Below are positions 36,543 to 52,343 of a DNA stretch of 64,000 nt, piece by piece. The translations under genes were made by a program, and so were the position numbers. Each line of letters starts with the position of its first letter. Position 1 is the first letter of the stretch. This DNA comes from Takakia lepidozioides. Its lineage: Eukaryota > Plantae > Bryophyta. The notes below the pieces were generated by a model. It was not told the origin of the DNA, made no database searches, and saw nothing but the letters and a program-made list of their open reading frames with translations. Location of the stretch: positions 36,456,001 to 36,520,000 of the forward strand of contig CM060732.1 in the NCBI GenBank assembly GCA_030704615.1. Reading direction: 5' to 3'.

Positions 36543-37151
36543 GCAGCTCTTCCTCACAAGCATCTGTCCAGCCCGATAGGGAAGCCAGTTAATTGGAGAG
36601 AGGAAAATTAGAATGGAGTGCTAGAGGCATATGTGCAGTCGCTCAGGTGCGCACTCCAATTCTTTGGTTCTGATCGTTTCTGCAGTATCCTAATCTCGAT
36701 TTGGGGTACTTAAGTTCTTTGCTGGGTAAGATATTCTGCATTGTTTGCACACAACTCATTTTAAGGGCTATATAAAGCATGTTGGTGCTTGCATGGTTGA
36801 ATACACAAAATGAAGCAGTTCTAGAGACCATCACTAGATGGAATCAACAACCCATCACAAATTTTCGGATGGCCAAACCCCTAAACAGGAAGTCGGCCAA
36901 CTGTCAGCACCTGGAAATGATCAGACATGATTTACACAGCATAAAGAGCTGCTCCCTAATGGAAGAGAACAGCGCAGAGCAAGGCAAAATTACAACACAT
37001 CAAGGTGTCCTAAGACTCCTAACCTCTGAAGAACACTGACAAGAATATCTTGCATGCTTAAATGTTGGCAATACACAAGAATCAATAAAACGAATACCAA
37101 CAAGCCCACCAACACTTGCACAACGATGCTTGCCAGGAATTCAAGGTCAAT
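36543..37151 (+). repeat. Copy B of the direct duplication (RPS17 3' UTR/downstream region)
   Basis: Collinear with 28893-29585. Lies 82 bp downstream of the RPS17 stop. Confidence 0.92.
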
Positions 37152-37233
37152 AAACTCTGGGATTTCAACACGTAAAGTATGCCTTAACTGTTTCAGAGAA
37201 AGTAGTAGCACCCTCTTTCTGCATCTACTTGTC

Positions 37234-39004
<1,771 letters not shown>

Positions 39005-39922
39005 GATGCGTGAATCGAATGCGACCTTCGAAGGTTGCACACAATTTTCCGATGGAGGCAGCGATCGAGCGAGAGAGAGAGACAGAGAAAGGAGACGGCG
39101 CTAGGTTTTGCTGCCCTAGCTTCTCTGACCGGCTCAGCCTCTTCTTCACCTGCTATCACCGGTAGTAAATAGACGGATGAATATCGAACGTGAATGTGAA
39201 TGTGGATGTGGAACACTGAGTTCTCATGAGGAGAACATCCAGGGTCAGCTGACCTTCGGTTGGAACTTGGAACCCACCTTCTAACGGTCCTGCCTCTCCT
39301 TCCTCTCCTTCTCCGTCTCTGTCCTGCTCTTTGCCCTCTATTGCTGCAGTCTGCAAACAGCACGCCGCCATGGAAACTCAACCTGTGGTCCGTCTCTCTC
39401 CCTTGGATAGACCTTGGCATTTCTTAACCTTGCAAATAAGAAGATTTGCTTACAGGGAGTGCTGGTCTCTCGTTGAGGTTTAGAGTTTAGAGCAACCTTG
39501 CGGTGAGAAGTAGCAAATGGACATGTGTACATTTAGTACACACAGGCCGATGAGAACACAGCTAAATATTCTTTTCTCCGTATTAGGTTCTCTTGGAAAA
39601 GGGACAGGATCCAAATAGGTACTGAAAGTGTTGGAATCTGACAGCGGGAAACTTGCCCCTTAGATGGTATCACGCTTGCAGGGCGATGAGGCTTGCGGTA
39701 TCCGGAAAAAGAAGCTGATCTCAGTCTTGATTTCAAATTCCACTACACTGAGGAAAAATGCATCAAGAGTTATCGGTTGTTTGTGACTCTGTAGACTCAC
39801 CGACTGATCTTACCCTCTGCCATTTGTGAATTGCTTGAATGTACGATGCCGGGGAGAGTTTGTAAAAGCAGCCAGGGGGAGGTGACCAGAACTGACAAAG
39901 ACACCTGGGTTCGTGAATGCAG

Positions 39923-42900
39923 GAGTTGGATACGGTGTTCGGATTTTCATGCCACGTGCCTGGTGGAGTGGTGGACCTTAGGACTAATTCCTGTCCCGAC
40001 GTGGTGTGCTATGCTGCGGGCCACACATTCGTCGTCTATGATCGCTCTACTAATCAACAGGTTCGTTGCATGCTGCAAAAGCAGTCGAGACTCAATGCTG
40101 AATTAGGCTAGACATGGCCAGCAACCTCCGTTGGCTGTGCAGCCACCATCCAGTGTACATGTTTGAAACCATTGTAACCTAGAAGGAGTGTTCAGATTAT
40201 TTGCATTTACAGCCACTATGAGTTCATGACTTCAACCCCTGACTAGCTGCGATAACTTAACTGACCTAGAAATTTATGGGGTCAAAAAAACTCGAGCGGG
40301 AGCTGTTATAACCTAGTAGCTCGAATTTAAAGAGACCGAAGATTGTGACGGAGCTGGAAAGAAGGCCACAGCATGCTGCCGAATGTCAAGTTATTGTCTT
40401 CATCTCGCATTTTGGAAGTAGGATAACTGAACATTCCTGATACATTTTGTTTTGGAGAATGTCTGCCACAGAAAATGCTGCAAGGGCATATTCACCAAAT
40501 ACAGAGTCTAGCTGCTGACCCCAACAAAAACTACATTCTCACTGCTGACACTGGTCCTGAAGCTGTACTGATTCTCTGGAATCGTGAAACTGGACAGGTT
40601 TGTCACATGACCCACTTTACGTCCCTCACACACTACATACTCAAGCATCCAAACATGCATCAGCATGCATACCCATAGTAGGAGTTGAAAGATCCGAAAA
40701 TGGGAGTTGTCTCTTGCCTCTCTTTTGGAAGACCTCAATGAAACCGAGATGATGATACATGTATTGACCACTTTGCAGGCAATGAAAGCTGTTTCTCAAG
40801 GAAGGACCAATGGCATTGTGGCTATTGACATATCTTCAGATGGCTTCTTGTTTGCTACTCTCAGCGCTGCTCGTGAGTTTCCAGTGTCTGGATCGCATGT
40901 GTTTATCATTCTCGTGGTTACTATCATGTTTTTATTCTCAAGTTCATGAGGAGAGGACTATCCGACGGAGGAAACTGCAAAGGGTAGGCAGCAGGATGGT
41001 CTGGCAACTAACTAAGAAGGGAGTTCGACTGACAGGGTATGTGTGTAACAATAAATGTGTTGGATTTTCCAGCGCCCACAGAGAAAACAGCGCAGGAACT
41101 GAGCATTTGGGACATAGGGTTCACCAACAATGAGCCGCTTTGTACTGTTAATGTGCCATCTGATGATTTCCAGGTGAGGATCTCTCACAGCGACCCTCCT
41201 TCTTTACATTTTTCCTTCCTCACAAGTCACCATCACATGATCTCCTGTCATTTCAGCCACATGGAAATTGACCATTTTTCTGTCAACGCTGTGTCTTAAG
41301 GGTTTGTCATAGGGTTCTAGTCTTAGCAAGCTGGCATTGTCCCCTGTATGATGCTATTGGTTACGATCTAGCTATGTTAGTCATGCCTACTTCACTGCGA
41401 GAGCAGCTTCATGGGCAGTTTCTTGCAAATGTGTGTACCTGCAGACCTGTGTGCATTTCAATACAATTGACAAGGACGAGTTGATCACAAATGGCAGACT
41501 TAGTGTCTTCTTTTGGAGGCACTGCACTGTCCCCTGTGCCCCACTACGTCCTGGTTCTCCAGCTCCGGTAATTTGATTCTTTGAACTGCTCATTTTTCAG
41601 CCCATTCCACCCGGAATTTGGGAAGAAGAAGGCTGACTGTTTCTCATGAATGACAGGACAAAAAGGAGACAAAAACTGTGGAGCGTTTTCTGGAGGGTGC
41701 CCAAGGCAAGTCAAAGGCAAAAGACTTGAAGTGTGTAATAGGGGATTTCACAGTCTCCATATTTTCTCCCAATCCCCAAGCTGCCATCACAGCCACTGTT
41801 GACGGGGATCTGGTACTTTGGGGAGAACCAGAGTATGCTCTAATCTTTTTCCTCCTTCCCTGGAACATAGATGTAAAGGAGGAAGAGAATGCATCAGGCA
41901 ATGAATCTGCTTTATGAACATGCTACGCCTCTGTGACGATCATAAGAGGAGTGATACCTTGATCTGTGTATCCATGAAGGTGGAGACAACATCAGTAATG
42001 TTCTTTTGTTATAATCTGGTTGAAATAGATTATCCTACTGCCCACTTACAAATCTGGTACATCACCCCAATAGCAGGTATTGACTTGAGCTGACACTGAC
42101 ATGCAGAGCAAAGACTGGTGAGGAAGGCCATGTGAAGGATCGTGCCAGACGCATGCAAGCTTTGAAAGCAGTGCGACTACACAATACTGCCATCAGAGTG
42201 CTTTCGCGAATAAATCAATATATCACAACTGGAGCTGCTGATGGCTATGTGCGATTCTATGAAGCTCGACTTGGACTCGTGGCTTGGTTTGAGCAGCTAC
42301 ATGCTGGTACGTCATCTTTCCTTCTTTTGGATGATCTTCGGCTGCATGTAACTTGAGCTAAGCTTATCACTCCTGCTCTCTGACTCAAGCCAGACTTGAG
42401 TGTTTGCAGACTTGTAATTAGTGTCAAATTCAGACCTCACAAGAAAGTGGGAGCAAGGAGTGGATGGAGCGACAGAAACATCGAAAGGTCTGTCTTTTTA
42501 GTGTCAAGCATCCTATCACACCATTCTTTGAGATGTCGCTAGTCATTTCCAAATACAAGCAACTGGCTGGGATGATGTTTGTTCGTATACAAGCTGTGAT
42601 TCTTGGTTTGTTCTGAGGGCCTGTCATAGATCACTGCCCATTGAAGAGGTATTCAGCACTGTTCATGCATTTGTCATACTTTTGTAAGCGTGTGGAGATC
42701 AGAGAAATGAAAGCACCCAATGTTTGAATGGCAGTTGCAAATGATCGAATGGATAAAAGTATGAACAGCCCACCGAAGACGGATAAGACACGACTAGCAC
42801 ACAAAAACCTGCAGACATTAAGTTCAGAGACCTTGACAAGAAACCTAATGAGTGCTCCTGTAACCTATGCTCTGAAAAGCACCCCATGAAGCAAGTGGTG

Positions 42901-45900
42901 AATTGAAGTTTGGAGAATGTTCTTCAATCAACACTCCCCATTGTATACATACAGAAACTAGTGTAGATGGTGGTGGATGCGACATTGCTTGCTATTTTGG
43001 ACCCACAAGATCTCTCTTGCCTAGTGGACCATACATAGTGCTGCCCTCCTAACAGGAAGCTCTATTCCTAAGAGATCAAGGAGGCATTAGTAGATTATAT
43101 TGACTCCATGGGTGACTCTCCCTTGTAAACAGCTGCAAACAGAACCCTGTTCTAGTATAGATCTCTCTCAGCCCCAAGGTAACCCCCTTTGTGAATCTAA
43201 GTGAACCTATGCTCAGATGATGTTAACATGACACATTTTTGGTCGTGAACAGAAAGAGGATTAAACCTTTGATACTACTGGGAAACAACGTGACAGACAT
43301 ACAACAATTTTCTAATTTAGGTAGGAGAGGCTTGTCCTGAAATTGTACCTGATGCCTTTGCGGTACCAAAACAATTCATTATCCACAGATAGAGAATAAT
43401 CCATACTCTAGCTCACATCGGATGTGTTCAAAATCCATGCACAACAGTCTGAGGCTTGTGGAATTGTAGTGTGGTTCAGGTGAAATTGTGAGCATATCAT
43501 TTTCTTCCATTGTGGGAAATAAGAAAGAGGAGGCACTGAATGCACTTCACGTGCCACCATTTACTGTGGGTACGAAGAGCTCCCACATGCTCTTCTTGCA
43601 TGCTGGCCTGTTTGAAGAGCTCCCTTTCTCCCCTGTGTGTAAGGTATGGATGCCGTCTCCTTTGACCCTTCTCACACTGAAATGTTTTCACTTATTTTGG
43701 AACCAGGACCCCCAGAAATTTCCCTGTCACTACTTGCAAGGGAGGTTACCGCAAACTATCTCCTTAGTCTGCAATCTAGTTGAAAAGTTTGCTGCAATCT
43801 CCTCCAAGGGCAATAGAATGATCACTAGAACTTCATGTCGGAATCAGCTTCAGTTGAATGAACTTACTCCTGATAAGTGAAAGGGGGAGCTATGTAGTGG
43901 AGAATATGCTTACTAGGACTACGGTACGGACTTTCCCAAAGAAGATCATACGATTATTTCTCGGGCTGCCATAACTGTAAAGTGGTACACTAGCAATATG
44001 GGCTTGTGATTAGGACGTTCTTGTTGCTGCTTCTTGTGTGCTGCGTATAAATTGCAGGGAGAAAAGGTGATGAAGACAATGCCTGAGACAGTGACTGCTG
44101 TGGCAACCCACCCCTCTCTCCCACACTTTGCAACTATCAGCCCCGGTGCTGGTCTCCAGGTTGGTGAGCCATTACATGTTTGGGTCACCTCTGTTAGCAT
44201 GGTCCTGGTAACATGAATATATGTTTTGAACAACTGAGTTTTGTTGCATGTACGCCTCAGGATCATACTGAGACTTCAATCCCAATTCTGGAAGGGCAAT
44301 GGCTAGCTGATGCTTGTTCTTTTTGTGGTCCGGTTGGAGGGTAGATATGTGACTATTCCACCAAGAAGCTGGTTGGAGAAAGGGACTTTGCTAAGCTGCA
44401 CGTGAGTATCAAGTACATGCATGTGTTCATGGCGGGGTTTGTCTTGAATTTTATTGTTCATGCTGTTAACAGAGATAGAGGGGAGATTGGATATGTCCCT
44501 CTCCCATACATGTGGGATTTTTACTACAAAGATTCCAGGTGAACAGTGTAAGTTGACAGGCATAGCTTTTGCACTTGGGCTGGATTGAACCGCATACAAT
44601 TACTTGGCCCTTAAGGTATGGGTGGTTGATGCCCAGGTCTGCAGCGTTGCATACTCTCCACTGGGGACCTTGATTGCTTGTGGCTTCACCAACGGAATCC
44701 TGAAGGCTTGTGCTTTTTCTCTCATAACCTCAGTTGTAACCCTCGTGTTTGGTAGTCATCATCGTTGATTGCATAAAATGCCCAAAATTAATATACAAGC
44801 ATGACAGATCTCCAGCTTTAGGACTGGGGGATCATGTAGCCTGCCACACAGCCACCATTCTTAGATTACAGTGCACAGTGTCACCTAAATTGAAGCATAG
44901 ATGCATCCCCTTAGAAACAATTCATGAGTTTCTCATGCCAACTGGTTGCACGGTCCAGTAGATAATGTGAGCTTTGCATTTTTTTTTTGGCACGAAGATC
45001 TGCTTCTTCTGTAAAAGAAACCTGCTAGTAGTGCTTATAGCCTTCTGTATCTTTCTTACCACACTCATCTCATTATTACCTGATGGCAGCTTGTGCGAGC
45101 TGACTTTTTTGAGGACTTGCAAAGCTTCTCTTACACAAGGTTGAGCATTACTCAGGCAAGTGCTATGTTCCATTCCAGCAAAGAAGCAGAAAATGCCAAA
45201 GGGAGATAGAGGTTCAAACTTGAGATGGCAAGCAAAAAGCTTGAGAAGAGATTAAGACAGATGAGTATCTTTGACCATGTGCTAAGACCAAGATCACTGA
45301 ATGCAGTTGGAGTTCTCGAAATGTGGAACTCATTTATGCACTGCGGACGCTAGTTTTTGTGTGGCTCTCATCAGCTACAAGGTTTGTCTTGCCACTCTAA
45401 ACGCCTTGAATCATGAGTGGATCTGAAATAATTCTCTTTTTCGTGGAGAAGGAAAAAGAGGGATGAGGTCCAACAGGAAAAACAGACAGTGTGAGATAAG
45501 GGAAAAGAAAACAAGTACAAAGTGGGGTGCGCATCAATCATCAACTAGAGATTAGTTGCAACTTTCTGCCTGTTTCGTCTCTGTCGTTCTTTTACAGATC
45601 AGGATTATGTTGGGGTTGACTGTTGAGTAGCATAAACATGAAAATCACGAGAGTTTGCATGGGGAACAGGGTGACGAGCGGTGGGAATGCATTGGAAAAT
45701 ACCGATCTCATGCGAGGATGGTCGCAGGAGTACATTTTGCTGTGGATGGCAAAGGGCTGACCAGATTATTCTCCATAGGCCATGTCTGTTTCTACTTCCC
45801 TGGTCTACTCGGAGTGCTCTGAGACTTTGCAATAAGAATGAGAGCCAGAGAAAGATGATGATGCACTTAGTAGACTTAGCTTGCTAGACTTCTAGCCCAT

Positions 45901-46710
45901 CAACTCTGGACACAGCTGAAGTTGGGGAGGCGGGAGGAAGGAAAGCAGCATGAAGGTCACTACCTCGTGGAAGGCTTGATCCATAAAGTCGGACACACCT
46001 TAAGAAATTGTGAGAGAGTAAGAAAGAAAGAAACTTGATAATGGACGCTGAAAGAGCTTATGTGACAACGGAAAATAGAACAACAGGATAGAGAGTGAAA
46101 AATTAAGAGGTCGGAATGAAGGCCACTACCATCGTCGAAGTCTCACTCCAGAAGTGACTTGCCTTGAGAACACTGAGAAAAGAAAGAAGATAGAAAAAGG
46201 AACTTGTACCAATGAACATCTTGCGCTGCCTGTTTCCATGCAACAGGATACTATGTTGGTGGAGTACGATGTGCTGGGATCTGCACCAGACACGGGACTG
46301 AAGCTAAAAGGGCGATGGCCACTCAACCCTTTGGCACATCCCACATCTGTTGCATCATGTCGATCCTTCTTAGGAGAGGTGCGGAGATCAAACAAACCCC
46401 CTGCAATACCAAATTGCAACGCAATTTTCATAATCAGGATTTGGGCTTGTTGTGTCGTGATGGCGATGCCACCCGTGAAGTACACAGAGATATGAGTAAG
46501 TAGATCCTTTCTGTTGTCACGCAGTTGCAATTGATAATTGGCGATGAAGGTTACAAGGTGCGCATCTACGACACGGAGTTTTTCATTTGCAGAAAGACGT
46601 TTTTGGGTCCTGCCTATGGAAGCCCTGTTTGTCAAATGTTGACTGTCTCTCACACTTCTAAGGTATGTCAGGAAAGTGACTATCACAATCATTTACTAGA
46701 AGCTAGAGAT

Positions 46711-46749
<39 letters not shown>

Positions 46750-49032
46750 GAAGCACCATTTCATTTCTCCTAAACTCTTCTACATTCTTGTCCAATAAGG
46801 CCATTGGGCTGCCGGCTTGTGGATGTTTCTAAGTTCCTTTCTTTCATTTCAAATTATTTTAACTGTGTTCTACTCAACCACATCCACCCCACCCTTTCAC
46901 ATACTGCATGTGTTCCTTCTTTCTGCTTCACTTTCTCTAGCTCTGCATGTGTCCACAAATGTGAAAGAACCTGTTTCTGAAGCCTTGTTTCCCCTCAAAA
47001 TGGAATATATCGTAGCAGGTGACAAAAAGCCATCTCAATCCTTTTGACCTGATTTGCTTGTACAGTGGAGACTGATCGAGGAACCATGTATTCAAAATAT
47101 AAGGTGGATTGAGTGTTGTCTCTGGCAGGACTATATCTTATTTTCAACACGGGAGCAAGTTATTGGTCTGATGAGTTATCCCAGTGAAGGGAAGAAGAAT
47201 CTACAAATTCTAGGAGTAATTGCCCATCCTGGAATTGTTTCTTCTGCTGCGGTCTCCTATGATTCTAAATATATACTCACGACTAGTGGCTTGGACAGGT
47301 GGACTCCATCTCTTGTAGAGTCTACAGTCTCTCCTTCCGCCTTTCCTTGGCAGGATGGGTGATGCAGTCTTGAGTATTGCTATGGGCTCTCATTTTTGTG
47401 GGGTCTATTATTTTTGAGGTTGACTTTAACAAGTTATGTCATACAACGAGTTCTGATGCAGCTCATCATTAAAGACAGTAACAGATGTAGGGTTAGACTC
47501 ATGCTACTAACCAGGATTGGTAAGCAACTGTGGAGATTTTTCCTTAAATTCCCCCTGGCTGTGGCCATCTGCTAAGTGATTAACTGAACTCAACTTCTCC
47601 TTATCAGAGGTAGTCTGTACTTGTACCAAATTGTTCATATTTTCCTGTATGCTTGGTTCCTGATTGGTGAAGTAATACAGAAGTGTGTTATGTAAGGGGA
47701 CAGCATTGTAAACTTGTGGAGAGTGAACCTACCTATCCTGGACTCTTTCCTGGAGATTGAGTTGAAAAGATCAGGGCCCTATGGGCGACTCTCTCGAGCT
47801 GCGGATGCTGCTGAGCTACAAGCTGTACGGGAGCTTTTTTTCTGTGCTCAAATTCGGACTCAGGTATGCTGTCTCTCCGTAGGATTCTCTGCATGAATGA
47901 ACTCTTTTCAAAGCTGAAGGTTTTTCTTTATTCTTTGCAAAGCGTATGTGTGGAGAAAGTGGCCTAAGGTGCTGGACTGGACACAGGGTGAAGATTCTCC
48001 ATATGAAAGGCACTTGGATGGATCACTGCCTTTGGAGCAAATACCAGATTTGCTGCGTGGCCTAGGCATGTACCCCTCCAACTCAGATATTGAGGACATC
48101 CTCGTTGAAATACGGCAGCCTTAGTAAGCACCGTTGCACCATGTGTCCTCACTATCTGCCATAATTTCTTTTGTAGATGTGGGTTAAGAACTAGCTTACT
48201 TCAGGAACTTAGATTCTTGCCAGGATTGGTATGGCAAACCTTTGAGGATGCATGAGGAGCCCAACGATATTTCATTGTAACCACTGGAGATCTGCGATGG
48301 AATGGCAATGCTTGAAAACTGAATTGTGGTTTGTTTGCTGTACTTCATGCAGTATAAATTCGGGGCTCGATCTACCCACAAGCATTGAATTTGAAAAATT
48401 TGCCACTATATTTTCCAATCACAGGCCCGTTTTCCCGTTTGATGAGTCCCACATATACCAAGCTCTTGTTGTAAGCTTTCATACTTTCTTCTAATCTTGG
48501 TATGTATCTCTTGCAAATCTTGCTAGAGGATGTCGGTTGTGTCAGCCATGAGAGCAAAGTGTGCCGGTGTATGTCGGATTTCCAATGTCGTTCATTTCCT
48601 GGACTGTGAAGGAACTGGGTGCTGATCCTTCAACAAGTAAAATCGATTCGGAGCCTGTCCTGAAAGTTCTTCAAGCTGAAGGGGAGGTCATGAGCAGGTA
48701 GGAGTTTCCTCACTCTGACAAGAAGTGATCAAACCCTTCTACACTAAACAGAAAAGGAATTTCAAAGCACTACACTGAACTGCTGAATCTTTGAGTTCGC
48801 CAGTGGAGGTGATCAGTATGTTAATTTTCTTTCTGACAGTCTTGTTGTATTGCCAATCACTCCTCCAAGGTTTCAAAGCCAACTCTGAGGGTGTAGGGAC
48901 ATTTGCAGGGACGAGTTGGAGAATTGTCTAAGTATATGCTTACAGCAAGAGGTGAATCTTGACACATTTCAACCAGAAATTGATTCAACCTACTTAGCTC
49001 ATGATGTCTTGGAATTTGAAGAATATACCTGA
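39923..49032 (+). CDS. CFAP251: Cilia- and flagella-associated protein 251 (WDR66/FAP251): WD40 repeats plus EF-hand-like C-terminus; start exon not resolved (upstream of 39923)
   Basis: About 20 short exons, including LQGH..TADTGPEAVLILW, GAADGYVRFYE...VAWFE, IGKYRSH, LVEYD, CRKTFLGPAYGSPV, IAHPG, FFCAQIRTQGED, LLRGLGMYPS, FSNHRPVF. Ends ...HDVLEFEEYT*. Confidence 0.88.
46716..46744 (+). repeat. (CT)n microsatellite in CFAP251 intron
   Basis: Uninterrupted CT dinucleotide run. Confidence 0.95.
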
Positions 49033-49443
49033 CCATCTGAACATTTTGAATAAAGAATAATCTTGCATTCTCCATTTTCAGAAGAGTCTATTCACTTCAA
49101 ACGCTCCACTTCATGTCCACAATGTTCCGAGTGTGACTTCCAAGAGTGCCACTTAGTCTATGCACTTGCACAATGACATAGAGCAACACGAAGATAATAG
49201 AGAGAGATGAGTTAGGAATGCTTTTTTAAGGGGTGGAAGCATAAGTCAGGAATGCGACATATCTAACTAGCGCACTCCATATTAACTGAGGCAAAATTTG
49301 CAGAACTGACTTCTGAATATAATTGTAATGCCCAATAGTGTACATCATGTTGGAACACTTCCTACATGCTTTTCTGACAGCATTCTTGTAATCATACATG
49401 TACAGAGTGTTATCCCGGGGCCAAATGTCTCAAGAAAAACAAA

Positions 49444-52343
49444 CTATTTTGCAAGTGTAAGCTTTGAGAGCACCGTTGCAGCCTGATCACCCCCCAAGAG
49501 GAAATATGGGTGTCTCAAGGCAGCTGCAGCTGAGAGCCGTCCTCTTCCCATCACTCCCCTTTCACGAATAAGTTTTGTGGCCAGATCCCACCCTTGCCCA
49601 CCATCAAGATCCAAAACATCAAAATTGGGTCTCACTTTTGTCATTTCCCTCCACTTCTTCAGGTCATAACCAACCTGAGCAATCTCCTTCTTAAAAGTTT
49701 GAAGTCCGATGGATGTCCTTAAAGAAGCAGATGCCATTTGGAGTAAGATGATGCCAGCCGAGTATGTGTCAAATAGGTCTGGGCTGTTGAACTGCAGTAA
49801 GTACATCCCACACAGATCCAAAACACTTAAAAAGCTGACCTTGCATTTGGTTGTTCATACTACATTTGAGTATGTTTGCCACAGCAAGGCTGACTTTCAG
49901 CAGTCAGTGTCGCTGTAATGCCCAGTTGGCAACTCCTACTTGCAGTAAGGTCAACCCACACATCTCACCAAACATTTTGGTGAGTCAAAGCACTGAAATT
50001 GAGGCATAGGTTTTTTTCCCAGAGTGAGTGGTGAGGGTCCTCATGGTAGACTACAAAAACTTCATAGTTTCAATTGTCTTACACGAGGAAGAGGAAAAGT
50101 GGAGTACACCGACAGCATGGTGTGACAAGGGCAAAACAAGCATCTGGACCGTAAATACCCCCAATAATCTTTCCACCCCAAGTGCCATATGCCAAAAATA
50201 GATGCCTAACAGATGCGTTTTCTTGCAAGGAAACCCTGTAAACAAAATGATGCAGTGATCCCCACACCCATGCAGAGATAAAAGCACTAACCTGCCAAAT
50301 GAAAGGGGAGAGGATGGCTGCAACCGGTGCAGGTGGAGGCAGAGGAGTCTCTTCAGGAAGTACGTAGAGTTCAGGGGGGCAGTAGTCAGGGTCCAGCATG
50401 CCTCGATCGGGCACATAGTTTTTTCCAACCCGAAGGTCTGTAGCAGACCCAAAATCGATTAGTTTCACTTTGCCCTTGTTGGTCACAACCAGGTTGGATG
50501 GCTTCACGTCGCGATGAACAATGCCAGTTGCATGCATTTTGTTGAGAGAGGTCATGATCTGCCGCATTATCTGCTTAATAATCAGTGCACTCCGTTGGAC
50601 GGGGTCTGGACTTTTCAGCGGGCGACCAAATAGTGCTTCCCCTAGATTTTCAGGAAAGTTCCGTTGTTTCATAAAGTCCCCAAGAGTTGAATCACCCTGC
50701 AATGGGCAGTGATCATTAGACGAAACAAAGATTAACAGCAGTAACCTACACCTTTGTACATCCAAGAGATGTCAATACTCCTAGAGGAAGGGTAATGGTT
50801 GGACAGAATTGTGGAGGTGTTCTTGATGCTTTTGATTAGACTTTCCACCTATAAAGCTCTTGGAGATTGGTTCCCTCCTTTTATCACAAGTTTTTATTGG
50901 ATATATTTTAAGGTGAGGAAAACGAGCTTCCTGCATTATACTTCAAGTGACCTTAACACAAGTGTGTGGACCAATAGAGCTAGGACTCGCCAGACTGCCA
51001 AAAGTGCTTACAGACATTTGCAATAAGCCTATTCCACTGATTTCACTATCTTCGTCACAGTCCAAATTGTCAATTTCATGACTGTCAGATGGCAAGAGCC
51101 TGTGAAATGCTGACTGACACACTCTCCAACCCATATCAAACATAAATCTGCAACTTCACATCCAAAATCAAACACAGGTTGCAATCTCAACCTCATAACT
51201 CCAGACAAGCCATTTGCCACCCTGTGTGAACTGACCCCGAGTTGTGTCAGCAATGAAGCTGCCAAGGTACTTGGCACATGCATTTGGTGCAACCCGGGAC
51301 ATCCGGTTGTTGAACCACTCCTCCACCTCACCACATTCCTCTGCTCCTTGCACCCCTACTTTCACCTGAATTCTCAGAGCTGTTGCAATGTAAGATGTAC
51401 TTGCAATCCACGGAAACAATGCAAGATGAAATCTGAAGGGAAAATGCGACAAGCCTTCACTGGAAAGAAATTCCACTAGGCCATTGTTTGAAACCCCCTG
51501 TGACTTCTGTCTATTAAATTTTAGTTCGATGCGAAAAGGTCTGGTCCTCTGTAACAATCCCCAGCACATGGCGCATCCAGAATTCTCCTCAACAGGCTTG
51601 AACACAACTAATATAACTGACTAGATTGCCAAAGCCGTGCAGGGTTCTGAACTTGCAGCGCTTACCTTCTTAAGAATGACTTTTTTGAAGCTTTTGTATC
51701 CTTCATACTCCTCGATGCGGCGCCCTCTCCTCCCAAACTCTTCGTGACTATCCACGTTTCGGGGCAAGATTACCCCCATATACACAGTGCCGAATGATCC
51801 TTCTCCCAGTCTCTCCCCCACGAGAAAATCACTTCTCTTCCAGCTCCTCCTGCCACGGACCCCATCGACCACAAACTGCAATGGGGCCAAAACGTAGCTA
51901 TCAAGCGCGCCCTTGAGGACGCCAGGCCTTGCTGTCAAGTACAGCCAGCCGCTGGCAGTGGCTCCCACAACGCGCCATCTCTCACCGTCAGGGAGCTCGG
52001 AAAATGACCTGATTGCACTCGTGCCTGCCTGAACGAAACCCCCAGTGTCTTGCATTGACAGCTCTTGGATTGTTTGTTGGAGACCATTCCACGGAAGACT
52101 GGCCACCACATCAGTCATAATGTTGGCCACCGCCATTCTGCCAAGACCACTTGTCCGTCGAGCTTTTAAGGGACCACTTTGGGAGACGGTACGAAGGGAG
52201 GGTCTAACCTCTCCCCAGAATCTGGATTGCAAAAAAACTACTTGTGCCTTCGTCTCTTCCCCAGAGACTTTCTTCTTTCCCACAAAAATTAATGTCGAGC
52301 GCGGCACTGTCGTGACCGCCCGAGCTCCAAGAACCTCCGCCAT
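49444..52343 (-). CDS. STN8: Thylakoid Ser/Thr kinase STN8
   Basis: Exons 52343-51666, 51365-51192, 50696-50292 and 49791-49444. Transit peptide, WLYLTARPGVL, GEGSFG, EEWFN.R, HRDVKPSN, DFGSATDLRVGKNYVP, DPDYCPPE. Confidence 0.93.

Noticed and set aside
28893-37151. Direct repeats as LTRs of one retroelement containing the gag fragment
   Set aside because: No TG..CA ends, PBS or PPT; gag begins mid-domain at the junction; copy B is contiguous with the RPS17 3' region.
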